Shown here: positions 1-8,085 of the stretch, one piece after another
How the letters are laid out: the number at the start of each line of letters is the position of its first letter
Position numbering within the stretch: the first letter of the stretch is position 1
Source of the DNA: a virus
Reading direction: 5' to 3' (one strand)
Virus record (IMG/VR): IMGVR_UViG_3300049020_000015
Location: 1 to 59,842 of that record
DNA length: 59,842 nucleotides
Position numbers and translations under genes: made by a program
The notes under the pieces: model-generated
Databases searched by the model: none
What the model was told of the DNA's origin: nothing
The model's input: only the letters and a program-made list of their open reading frames with translations

Positions 1-127
1 CGGTGAGTGGATTTTTCAGCTTTAAGACGGTTCTAACTCGCCCTGTGAAAGACCGAACGAAAGGCTTGTATTTGCCTGACTGACCATCTTTAATAATGTC
101 ATCCACTTTTTGTTCCGCTGCTGTCAT
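1..127. repeat. Terminal overlap identical to 59716-59842 (circularisation overlap)
   Basis: cggtgagtggatttttcagc...gttccgctgctgtcat is read at both ends. It carries the 5' end of minus-strand ORF 59408-59842. Confidence 0.95.
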
Positions 128-137
128 ACTCTTTCGC

Positions 138-392
138 CTACCCGGCGTGGGGTTGGTTAATTACAAATATCTCATCAATCGGGCATTCAAGGTGTTCACA
201 GAACAAGGCCAGCATATCGACAGTAATAGCCCATTTGCCGGCCTCGATCTTATTGATTGTTGCTGGGTCGATTGCCATAAGACGGCCCAATGCTGCTATT
301 GACAAGCCATTCGAGACACGCTTATTCTTCAACCAGTTGCCGACTATCAATCGGGCCTGCTGTAACTGTTCGGGTGCAATGTTGCCTTTCAT
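138..392 (-). CDS. XRE/Cro-CI family helix-turn-helix DNA-binding protein
   Basis: KRVSNGLSIAALGRLMAIDPATINKIEAGK matches the HTH_3 pattern. The ATG at 392 lies 1 nt after the TAA of the upstream gene; the track ORF extended to 512 would overlap its neighbour. Confidence 0.8.
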   Translation of the reverse strand: MKGNIAPEQLQQARLIVGNWLKNKRVSNGLSIAALGRLMAIDPATINKIEAGKWAITVDMLALFCEHLECPIDEIFVINQPHAG

Positions 393-393
393 A

Positions 394-918
394 TTATAGA
401 AGCCTCCAAACTCGCCTTGTTTTTTCGTCTTCCGCTTTTGTTCGGAATACCTTATCAGTAAAGTGATTAATTTGGTTTTGAACCGTCTGTCTGTCTTCGG
501 ATGGGTAAACAAAACTTTGACTTATTCCCAGCCTCGAAAGAAGCACCCGGTATTCTCCGCTTTTGCCCTTGTAATACGGCACCCCGTCTTCGATGGCATC
601 TAAGTTTGTAGGGGCCTGGTCAATCAGTTTTGCAATCTTTAGGTTGTGAACCTTATGTGCCACAGATCTTGCAGTTCGGCCTAACTTATCAGCCATTTCC
701 TGATATGTTAGGGATGTGCAATATTGTGCTATGAATAAAACCTCTTCTTTAGACCAATAATTTCTATCGCTTGTCAGTTTAAGATTTGATGCCTGCCATC
801 TTACAGAATCAACACTCCGTTCCAGTCTGTTAGCGAGTTCATCAATATCTGCTATGGAATAGTTCTCCTTCAGATATTGAATATCTTCATCTGTCCAATG
901 CTTATTATTCTTTTCCAT
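394..918 (-). CDS. DNA-binding protein with two Myb/SANT-like repeats
   Basis: Two repeats of the W-x2-E/D-E pattern: HWTDEDIQYLKENY... and YWSKEEVLFIAQY...LGRTARSVAHKVHNL. Confidence 0.6.
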   Translation of the reverse strand: MEKNNKHWTDEDIQYLKENYSIADIDELANRLERSVDSVRWQASNLKLTSDRNYWSKEEVLFIAQYCTSLTYQEMADKLGRTARSVAHKVHNLKIAKLIDQAPTNLDAIEDGVPYYKGKSGEYRVLLSRLGISQSFVYPSEDRQTVQNQINHFTDKVFRTKAEDEKTRRVWRLL

Positions 919-954
919 AAATAGAAATGAAAAATAGGGCCGAAGCCCCGATTG

Positions 955-1218
955 TTATTCTGCAATAATATAAATGTAGTCAACAGAGCCGGAATCAATA
1001 TATGATTCATAAACTCGTTTCCCTTCTTCGGTAAACAAGTGGTTTAATTTTGGTTCACCATCAAACTCGAAACAATCTTTGAAGAATTTACGAGCAATCG
1101 TTTCAGGAGCCTCGCCTTGTTTAGCAGTGAAAACGAACTCTTGATGTTTCAGGTCGGTTAATTTGGCGGGAGTTGAATTTGTAGTCATAATCTTTTCGCG
1201 GAGTTTATCGAGCTGCAC
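955..1218 (-). CDS. Hypothetical protein
   Basis: Co-oriented ORF in the leftward operon. The start at 1218 is GTG; an alternative ATG lies at 1188. Confidence 0.6.
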   Translation of the reverse strand: MQLDKLREKIMTTNSTPAKLTDLKHQEFVFTAKQGEAPETIARKFFKDCFEFDGEPKLNHLFTEEGKRVYESYIDSGSVDYIYIIAE

Positions 1219-1421
1219 CGCTCGTTTGATGAATCAAAGATAGCCAAAGGTTTTGAATCATGAAATATATTTCATTACTTAGAGCACTTCTTGACCACGA
1301 TCAATTCCGGTTTCCCGTAAATAATTCATTACAACTTGCAATACCTTTAATTCGATGATTTGATACCCGGCATGTCCGGGCTATAAAATAAGCGATAAAT
1401 TGCCTCTGTTTCTACAAGGGC

Positions 1422-1694
1422 TTATTCTGCACCTCCCTTCTTCTCCCGCTCCACCTGCTCAACCGCCATCAGTGCTAATTTCTTTGCATCATACTCTATC
1501 AACTCTGCTAACTTATACACTTCAGCTAATTGCCACAGCGACGGGTCTTTGATCATCTTCTTCATCCGGTTGTTGTTAGTGCCGTAATCGGTAGCTAGTA
1601 CAGTATAGGGAATCCAGGCGAATATATCTGTGAATTGTTTGATTGCTCCGGCCTTGAGCAATCCCTGGATAGTTTGGTAACGCGGGTCTTTCAT
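1422..1694 (-). CDS. Hypothetical small protein, divergent from integrase (excisionase/RDF candidate by position only)
   Basis: 90-aa ORF. It is the first gene of the leftward operon, across the attP-like spacer from int. Confidence 0.55.
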   Translation of the reverse strand: MKDPRYQTIQGLLKAGAIKQFTDIFAWIPYTVLATDYGTNNNRMKKMIKDPSLWQLAEVYKLAELIEYDAKKLALMAVEQVEREKKGGAE

Positions 1695-1719
1695 TTGGCG
1701 AAGGTCGGGAAAAGGGGAG

Positions 1720-1972
1720 AAAATATGATTATCGTATAAGGCATGTATGAGTACGAGTAATTAGGTATATAGAAATGCAATGATAATCAATTGCATATGA
1801 GGTATGATTCGCACCTGGTCGGGACCTCTACGGCACTTTTTCGAAACCCGCGCTAGTCGCGGGTTTTCTCATTAAATGCAGTACTGACGGGCTTTAGCTG
1901 AGAATGAGAAAGAAAATAAAGGAATAGAAAAGTATTTCAAAAAGCCTAAATTGTATGAGTAATGTATAAGTA
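1720..1972. other. attP-like region: repeated GTATGAGTA-type arm sites, inverted repeat, and a T-loop-like hairpin
   Basis: GTATGAGTA occurs at 1745-1753 and 1953-1961, with variants at 1801-1809 and 1964-1972. There is an inverted repeat ATGCAAT/ATTGCAT at 1775-1796. TTCGAAACCCGC at 1840-1851 sits inside the 1843-1867 hairpin. Confidence 0.45.
1843..1867. terminator. Strong hairpin (AAACCCGCG-ctagt-CGCGGGTTT) flanked by T/A runs; bidirectional terminator or att core
   Basis: 9-10 bp perfect stem with a 5-nt loop, TTTTT upstream and TTTT downstream. Confidence 0.5.
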
Positions 1973-3151
1973 ATGTTTAAATACTCAGTCAGCCTCATAC
2001 TCTACCGACCTGCCAACGCCAAAGGGCAATATCCGATTTATATTCGAATAACTATAAATCGTAAGCAGTCCTACATATCTACTGGTCATTTCATAGATCC
2101 CAAACTCTGGGACAAGAAAGCTGAACAAGTCCGGGCCGGTCACATGCAGGCCGCGGTAATTAACCCCGACATCACCACCCGCAAACAGACTATAATAAAA
2201 AGGATAGTTGACCACCAGGTAAAAGGCGAAAACATCACAGCATCGCATCTTAAGAACCTGGTAACTGCCAAAGCGGACTTACACAACATCTTTGAGTTTG
2301 TTGAAGCTTTTGCTGCCGAAGTGGAGCATAAACGCGAAGGCGGCACCCTGGACAACTACCGCAAGCATTTGAAGGTCCTGGAGCAATACCATGGTTCCCG
2401 GTCCCTGGCCTTTGAGGAAATTACCCATGACTACCTGGTTAAGTTTGAAAGCTACCTACGCAAACCGATTGCAGGGGTGCGCGAGGGTCTAGGAGGCAAC
2501 TACATTCATAATATCTGGAAGACAATCAAGACCTTTTTTAACGCCGCTCGTAAACGCGGGGTAACAACTTGTTACCCATTCTCAACCTACGAGAATCCAG
2601 AGTACGATGCACCTCACAAAGACTACCTGACACTTCAGGAGCTTGATCATCTTGAAGATGTACTGAGTAAGACCAGTAACAGCACCTTAAAGCAAACGCT
2701 TACTTACTTTCTGCTAGGATGTTACTCCGGCCTTCGCTTATCTGATTGGCAGCAATTCAACCACGACCAGCATGTAAAGGATGGCCGACTATACCTGCGT
2801 GCAAAAAAGAACGGTGAATGGGTGACAATGCCGGTTGTGGGACGGTTAGCTAATCACCTTGAGCACGTAAAAGCGCAGCCGCTAATTATCACAGAACAGG
2901 AAATAAACCGCACATTAAAGAACGTAGGCGGCATTAAAAAGAAGATAACAACACATACAGGTCGGCATACATTCGCCATTACTATGTGTGCTGATCAAGG
3001 AATTAGTGCCGAGACATGCAGCGAGTTGATGGGGATCACAATTAAGACCTGCGTTGAAAACTACTATAAAATAACCAACCGCAAGATTGATAAGGAATGT
3101 TTTGGGGCGTGGACTAAAAAAGCCACACGGCCAGGCGCCAAAGTACAATGA
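1973..3151 (+). CDS. int: Tyrosine recombinase / phage integrase with N-terminal arm-type DNA-binding domain
   Basis: C-terminal catalytic signature: GLRLSD ... HTGRHTFA ... ENYY (R, HxxR, Y). The N-terminus YPIYIRITINRKQSYISTG is typical of Bacteroidota-type integrases. Confidence 0.9.
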   Translation: MFKYSVSLILYRPANAKGQYPIYIRITINRKQSYISTGHFIDPKLWDKKAEQVRAGHMQAAVINPDITTRKQTIIKRIVDHQVKGENITASHLKNLVTAKADLHNIFEFVEAFAAEVEHKREGGTLDNYRKHLKVLEQYHGSRSLAFEEITHDYLVKFESYLRKPIAGVREGLGGNYIHNIWKTIKTFFNAARKRGVTTCYPFSTYENPEYDAPHKDYLTLQELDHLEDVLSKTSNSTLKQTLTYFLLGCYSGLRLSDWQQFNHDQHVKDGRLYLRAKKNGEWVTMPVVGRLANHLEHVKAQPLIITEQEINRTLKNVGGIKKKITTHTGRHTFAITMCADQGISAETCSELMGITIKTCVENYYKITNRKIDKECFGAWTKKATRPGAKVQ

Positions 3152-3199
3152 GCCCGGCAATAATAAGTCCTAAGATAATCTGGTCGCGGTAGTGGGGTT

Positions 3200-3403
3200 T
3201 CATACGTCCGCTACCCGGCTAATTACTTCAATATCATCCATGCTCACGCCCTGCTTTTCGGCGATCTTTGAAAGCAATTTCACTTGTGCTTCCAGTAGTC
3301 TATTACGTTTTGAAATTTGATGAGACCATTGGATGAAATAATATAAGGCGGCAACTGCGATAATGAAGCCGCCAGCGTAGAGGATGAATTGATCTGAGGT
3401 CAT
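3200..3403 (-). CDS. Small membrane protein (1 TM)
   Basis: Hydrophobic segment FILYAGGFIIAVAALYYFIQW. Lies in a co-oriented three-gene cluster. Confidence 0.6.
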   Translation of the reverse strand: MTSDQFILYAGGFIIAVAALYYFIQWSHQISKRNRLLEAQVKLLSKIAEKQGVSMDDIEVISRVADV

Positions 3404-3459
3404 GAGTTGGTGTTGAGGGTTAAAAAATGTGGGAAACTCAATGTAACTGTTTAGGTGGC

Positions 3460-3675
3460 TTACTTATCAAAATACTCCTGCAGTTCTTTCATTTCTTCTT
3501 CTGTCGCACCATTCTTTCGATAGATCTGAATCAATGTGTGAAGAATAAATTGCTGGTTCTTAACTAAGCTATCAGCTCGCATGGCGGCTCGAATAAGATA
3601 GAACCAAATCACCAGGCTAATAATGGCAGGAATTAATAAATCAGTGTACTCAATGGATGCAATCGTCTGTAACAT
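3460..3675 (-). CDS. Small membrane protein (1 TM)
   Basis: TM segment LLIPAIISLVIWFYLI. The ATG at 3675 lies 4 nt after the stop of the upstream gene; the track start at 3705 would overlap it. Confidence 0.6.
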   Translation of the reverse strand: MLQTIASIEYTDLLIPAIISLVIWFYLIRAAMRADSLVKNQQFILHTLIQIYRKNGATEEEMKELQEYFDK

Positions 3676-3679
3676 GTGG

Positions 3680-4117
3680 TTATTTTTTGTTAAATAATTT
3701 GTCAAGGTTCTTCTTAGTTAGAGTAAAGTAGTCACCTCCTGTCAACATAATATCGCAGTGCTTTATGCCCATAGTCCTTTGAGGCCTTAGAATCATTGCT
3801 TCGTCTCCCAAAACAATATCAGTTTTTTCGTTTTTAGAAATTGCATTATTGATATACTCGTAAAAAGCATTTAATACACCCCCTGTTTCTTTGAATTTAA
3901 ATGATCTTATATCTGTGGTATTGTATTTTAAATTATTGTAGGTAAGTATATATGTAGTATCAGAACCTGATAGCGTATATTCCAACTTTGCTATTAATAC
4001 ACCCACGCTTTTTATTTCTCCAATCTTTGTGACGTCAAGTGGTTTTAATTTTTCTATCTGTGCCATTAGTGAATTGCATATAAAGAACGCAATAAGCGAA
4101 AAGTAAAGCCTACTCAT
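3680..4117 (-). CDS. Secreted protein with N-terminal signal peptide
   Basis: MSRLYFSLIAFFICNSLMAQ signal-like N-terminus, followed by a beta-rich body. Confidence 0.65.
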   Translation of the reverse strand: MSRLYFSLIAFFICNSLMAQIEKLKPLDVTKIGEIKSVGVLIAKLEYTLSGSDTTYILTYNNLKYNTTDIRSFKFKETGGVLNAFYEYINNAISKNEKTDIVLGDEAMILRPQRTMGIKHCDIMLTGGDYFTLTKKNLDKLFNKK

Positions 4118-4423
4118 AAATGTTATAGTTATAACGTTAATATATGTTTACCCCTAAACCAACTGGGTATAATTGCGGAATAATGTTAAAATGTGATTAA
4201 GTGACCAACGGAACTTTTCTGAGTTCAAATATTTACTAAATTTATTATCCAATTGCACCCTACGGAATCCTAACCTTTTCCTCGATCATTAACCAAATTC
4301 CTGTTCATCCTTAAAGTACCGGCCATGTTATTAATTTCTCCAACGTAACATTGATTTCATTACTTTTGCGGCCTTCTTACCAGGTTAATATACCTGTACA
4401 AAATATTGGTCTTTAGTTTAACC

Positions 4424-4551
4424 AGCGATCGAACCTAGGAAATTCGTATTTAAGCACGGTTAACTACAGGGCGCCGATAAGGCGCAGCATGTAGTGACTG
4501 CTTAAGGGCTTCCTAGGGCCTGATCGCTTCACGAAGGCTGCGCCCTTTTTT
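4424..4551 (+). ncRNA. Candidate structured RNA: 105-nt rod-like multi-stem hairpin plus an alternative 8-bp terminator stem and T6
   Basis: Rod pairings: 4424-4430/4522-4528, 4434-4441/4510-4517, 4450-4456/4499-4505, 4463-4468/4490-4495, 4471-4475/4481-4485. Competing stem: 4481-4488/4537-4544, followed by TTTTTT at 4546-4551. Confidence 0.45.
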
Positions 4552-4621
4552 ATATCAGACACCAGAACTGCGTACTCAACATTTAATACTGCTACTGCCA
4601 TGAATAACTCATGCACTAAAT

Positions 4622-5200
4622 CTACTTGCCAGACTTGCCAACTTCGGCCTTGCCCGTTTTCTGCTGTTCCAACGCGCCTTTTAGAATACGCTTGCCCGAT
4701 TCTTTCGCAAGAGTGCCAGGAACATTGCCAACAAGTTGATCCAGCGCCTTCATTATCTCTTTATCGTGTTCATTTGAATTACGAACTATTGTGTCAAGAA
4801 CGGGCGGGATTTCCTTTAAACTAGCGACCATAGGTTTTAAAAGTTCATTTATTGTTTGCCTGGTTTCTGCCAGCGCTTCAAATAATTTATTTTTATCTGC
4901 TTTAGCCTCCTCGTGACTCTCCTCCAATTTGGCTATAAGCCTCTCAGCCATTGCGAGTTGGCCGGCTAGGTATGCCGGATCGTTTGGGTCGGCTACCATA
5001 TATCCACTTTTATTTGGAACTATATCTAAATTTCCATTTAGCCATTGTTCTAAAATAGCAGCATCTTCAGTCTTTGGATTGCCCTTTCCGTCAATCCATT
5101 TGTAAATACGATAAGAAGGAATGCCTGTTTCCTTAGACATTTTCAATACAGACTTTGATTCCTTTGAAAGTTTATCGTTAATCCTCTCAATTATTTGCAT
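4622..5200 (-). CDS. Putative immunity repressor-like protein (N-terminal HTH, coiled-coil C-terminus)
   Basis: SKETGIPSYRIYKWIDGKGNP is HTH-like. The gene is divergent from a Cro-like gene across a repeat-bearing spacer. No S24 peptidase motif was seen. Confidence 0.6.
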   Translation of the reverse strand: MQIIERINDKLSKESKSVLKMSKETGIPSYRIYKWIDGKGNPKTEDAAILEQWLNGNLDIVPNKSGYMVADPNDPAYLAGQLAMAERLIAKLEESHEEAKADKNKLFEALAETRQTINELLKPMVASLKEIPPVLDTIVRNSNEHDKEIMKALDQLVGNVPGTLAKESGKRILKGALEQQKTGKAEVGKSGK

Positions 5201-5308
5201 AAATTCTAAATTTCGACAAAAGGCTAAGATAAATTTGGATAAAGTTCCAAACGGCTTTACATTTGTTTCAACAAACGTTTCAACGAATATACTAAAACTG
5301 ATTATAGG
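5201..5308. promoter_or_regulatory. Divergent switch region with repeated GTTTCAAC operator-like sites
   Basis: GTTTCAAC occurs at 5265-5272 and 5277-5284 (12-bp phase), each the centre of a short inverted repeat (TTTGTTtcAACAAA; CGTTtcAACG). A related ATTTCGAC lies at 5210-5217. Confidence 0.5.
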
Positions 5309-5530
5309 ATGAAACTTTCAAAGAAGGCTATCAAGAAGATCGACAGACCAATGAGGCAAAAGCTAGCGATAGCGTTGGGGTTTAGCGAATACTGGGTAGG
5401 TCGTTTGGTGAAGAAGAACAAGTCAAACGGCCCCCTTGTTGCCCCGCCGGCGCTGTTAGTTCTCAGGCAAGAAACTGGATTGCAGGATGAGGATATACTT
5501 GAAGCTGCAGCAACTGTTACTACAAAGTAG
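5309..5530 (+). CDS. Cro-like small HTH regulator
   Basis: 73 aa, first rightward gene. RQKLAIALGFSEYWVGRLVKK is HTH-like. Confidence 0.6.
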   Translation: MKLSKKAIKKIDRPMRQKLAIALGFSEYWVGRLVKKNKSNGPLVAPPALLVLRQETGLQDEDILEAAATVTTK

Positions 5531-5592
5531 TCGCAAACCTTGCTAAAAAGTTTCATACGTCAAAGCCAAACCAACTCACTTAACAATATTTT

Positions 5593-5832
5593 ATGTCTGA
5601 CATCGAAAAAAAGATAGACCGCCTGTTACGTGAAGTGCAGAGTTTGAAGAAGGTGCAGAACAAGGAAACATGGGTAAGCTGTAGCTGGGTATCTGATGTG
5701 ACAGGATGGAATAAGAGTAAGCTACAGATGGCAAGGCAACAACATATTATTGAGTATAAAGAAAGCCCCGGCGGCGGCTACCTCTACAAGCTCGAATCCA
5801 TCCCCGAGCAGTTCATTAAAAAAGTTTCCTAA
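5593..5832 (+). CDS. Hypothetical protein
   Basis: 79-aa ORF in the rightward early array. Confidence 0.65.
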   Translation: MSDIEKKIDRLLREVQSLKKVQNKETWVSCSWVSDVTGWNKSKLQMARQQHIIEYKESPGGGYLYKLESIPEQFIKKVS

Positions 5833-5848
5833 CCATCAATACAATACC

Positions 5849-5926
5849 ATGAAAAAGTCTACACAAATTCTGATCGGCGCACTTGTTATTGCCGCCATCT
5901 ATTTTGTGAACTCATTATTTCAGTAA
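5849..5926 (+). CDS. Tiny membrane peptide (25 aa)
   Basis: Hand translation gives MKKSTQILIGALVIAAIYFVNSLFQ*. It fills an otherwise empty gap. Confidence 0.35.
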   Translation: MKKSTQILIGALVIAAIYFVNSLFQ

Positions 5927-5943
5927 CCGTAATAATCGTACCC

Positions 5944-6108
5944 ATGAAACAATTTCGCGTAACCCTTAAGTACATCATCAACGATCACACGCTCTCCTTA
6001 TCAACAGTGATACCGGCGTACAACGAAAACAGTGCTATAAGCAGATGCATCGAGGCGAATAATATAACGAGTGTGGTTGAGCAGAAAGCTGACGTTTTAA
6101 ATAACTAA
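5944..6108 (+). CDS. Hypothetical small protein (54 aa)
   Basis: Hand translation gives MKQFRVTLKYIINDHTLSL...VLNN*. It fills the gap before 6114. Confidence 0.45.
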   Translation: MKQFRVTLKYIINDHTLSLSTVIPAYNENSAISRCIEANNITSVVEQKADVLNN

Positions 6109-6113
6109 ACTAT

Positions 6114-6467
6114 ATGGAAACACAATTTACACCTGGCCCGTGGCATGTACATGATAACGTATCATACGAAAAGATACACGAGCGAAACATCGGCACATAT
6201 GATATTAAAACCACCCCGCCAGGCGCACTAGAAGATTCCATCTGGCTGGCAGACGTAAAGCCGTATGATGTGTCAGGGTTTACCAGTAAAGAGACGGCGT
6301 GCGCGAATGCTCACCTCATCGCCTCAGCCCCTGACATGTTCGAAGTGATTAAAGGATTGTACGAGTACAGTAAAAAGTCAGGTGTTAAATCCTATATGTA
6401 CGAAGAGATCGAGGCTGCTTACCTAAAAGCCACCGAGCAAGCTATTTCTCCTATAGAAAACCAGTAA
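6114..6467 (+). CDS. Hypothetical protein
   Basis: 117-aa ORF, co-oriented. Confidence 0.7.
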   Translation: METQFTPGPWHVHDNVSYEKIHERNIGTYDIKTTPPGALEDSIWLADVKPYDVSGFTSKETACANAHLIASAPDMFEVIKGLYEYSKKSGVKSYMYEEIEAAYLKATEQAISPIENQ

Positions 6468-6562
6468 CCCCCTACAAATGAAAGACCGAAAGACCGTACC
6501 CCTGACCGTTGAGCAGGCGTTGAGAGCTTGCGAAAGATTCACTAATCTTCAAACTCGTAAAG

Positions 6563-6820
6563 ATGAAAGTAATCTGCGTAAAACCAATAGATAATCCCAG
6601 CCCCAGCGCAATGAATAAGCCTCGGCCTAAAGTGGGAGATATAGACACTGTTGTTGACGAAGTGAAATATGATAGCATTGTTTATTATGAACTGGGAAGA
6701 TTCGGCTATGATATGTTATATGCCTCCAATTGCTTTTCAACCCTAAGCACCGATCTCGACGAAACCGCCCTCGTGACCGAAGAGTTTGAAGAAAAATATT
6801 GTGTACCGGTAAATCAGTAA
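6563..6820 (+). CDS. Hypothetical protein
   Basis: 85-aa ORF, co-oriented. Confidence 0.65.
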   Translation: MKVICVKPIDNPSPSAMNKPRPKVGDIDTVVDEVKYDSIVYYELGRFGYDMLYASNCFSTLSTDLDETALVTEEFEEKYCVPVNQ

Positions 6821-6822
6821 TC

Positions 6823-7086
6823 ATGTTAGCTACTGAACAGCAAATAAAGATGGCGGCGAAATTATACCAGTGTCGTGATGCGGCTAAGGCGTTGCATGGT
6901 GCCGAATATGAGACAGAACTTAAATGGTATATAGCACGGATATACGATTACCAGAAGAGTCAGAAAGTAGAAACATTACCTGCCGTATCAGCTATATGCA
7001 GCCGGCCAATAGTAAAAGAGAACCCAAGTGCTATAATGATGTTCATGGCAGCCGCTGTTGAGATTATTGAACCGTCAAAAGATTAA
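6823..7086 (+). CDS. Hypothetical protein
   Basis: The ATG at 6823 lies 2 nt after the upstream stop; the track start at 6799 would overlap it. Confidence 0.65.
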   Translation: MLATEQQIKMAAKLYQCRDAAKALHGAEYETELKWYIARIYDYQKSQKVETLPAVSAICSRPIVKENPSAIMMFMAAAVEIIEPSKD

Positions 7087-7089
7087 CAT

Positions 7090-7449
7090 ATGTACACATT
7101 CGAACAACTTAAAGACGACGTCCGCAAAGAGGCCGAAGCGCTGAAGATTCACGCGACGAAGGAGGAGAGGGAGAGGTTGGATATCGCCAATCTTAATGCA
7201 GTTGACCCTGAGAAATGTATATATGGTTTGCTTACTGGCGAATGCGATTCGGATCGAGCCGATGAATTAATTCAGGCATGTAATAAAATACTGCTACAAT
7301 ACGAGCCGTGCAGCGAAAATCTTATGGTGGTAGAAGGATTTAAGAAATGGAGATGGTCACCAATTGAGGTGTACATAGGAAAGGAAGAGTCCAACAACGC
7401 CTCACTAATCTCTTTCCTGCGCGGTGAGACTGAAACGTTAGAACTATGA
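7090..7449 (+). CDS. Hypothetical protein
   Basis: 119-aa ORF, tightly packed. Confidence 0.7.
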   Translation: MYTFEQLKDDVRKEAEALKIHATKEERERLDIANLNAVDPEKCIYGLLTGECDSDRADELIQACNKILLQYEPCSENLMVVEGFKKWRWSPIEVYIGKEESNNASLISFLRGETETLEL

Positions 7450-7703
7450 CGCCAAAAGTAAAAGCAAAGGAGCTTGTTAACGAAAAGTATTACCAGCCGT
7501 TAACGCTGCACCTGAACGTTAACAATAATAGTAAGGAGATGTGGGAATATGCAAAGCGGTGCGCATTAATAATGGTAGATGAAATATTGCCCAATACATG
7601 GAAGCTGACCACATATAAAAAGAGCTTTGGGTTTATAGATGTTGATCAGGGACTTACAACAGAGTATTGGGAAGATGTGAAAAAAGAAATTCAACAACTA
7701 TGA
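7446..7703 (+). CDS. Hypothetical protein
   Basis: ATGA start/stop overlap with the upstream gene. Confidence 0.7.
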   Translation: MTPKVKAKELVNEKYYQPLTLHLNVNNNSKEMWEYAKRCALIMVDEILPNTWKLTTYKKSFGFIDVDQGLTTEYWEDVKKEIQQL

Positions 7704-7918
7704 CAACCGCCATCGAACCCCATCCCGACCAGGTTAGCGACTACCACCGCCTCAAAGCCATCCGTCGCGGCTCCATGCAGGCAATAGAAGACAAGGCGAT
7801 TGCGGAGTATATGAGGTTGTTTGACGAGCAAGGGAGAGAGGCGGCAGAAAAAGAGTTTTTTAAACATTTTAATAAAGGCAAAGATGTCAGACAAGAAACT
7901 ATACTACAAGTACGATAA
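7700..7918 (+). CDS. Hypothetical protein
   Basis: ATGA overlap at 7700-7703 (MTTAIEPH...). Confidence 0.6.
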   Translation: MTTAIEPHPDQVSDYHRLKAIRRGSMQAIEDKAIAEYMRLFDEQGREAAEKEFFKHFNKGKDVRQETILQVR

Positions 7919-8081
7919 TGGTGATACGCCGATTATCTGTAAGCTGGATGATGTTAAGGATATGCTCGATGCTGAAGCCAGCGACTATAACGAGGAAACA
8001 AATAAAGCTGATGAACCACACTGGACTATCACTTTGGTGTTCCTGACTGATGAAGAATTTGCTAACCTGCCTGAAGCCTAA
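7884..8081 (+). CDS. Hypothetical acidic protein
   Basis: ATG at 7884 (MSDKKLYYKYDNGD...). It overlaps the upstream ORF by 35 nt, so the start is uncertain. Confidence 0.5.
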   Translation: MSDKKLYYKYDNGDTPIICKLDDVKDMLDAEASDYNEETNKADEPHWTITLVFLTDEEFANLPEA

Positions 8082-8085
8082 TCCC

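Noticed and set aside
4600-4824. Cys-rich 74-aa plus-strand ORF
   Set aside because: It lies entirely antisense to the well-supported repressor-like gene 4622-5200 and is low-complexity, so it is a likely shadow ORF. It is relevant only as a possible antisense transcript path.
6478-6594. 38-aa ORF in the gap before 6563
   Set aside because: It overlaps the start of 6563-6820 by 32 nt in another frame and is too short to support without comparative data.
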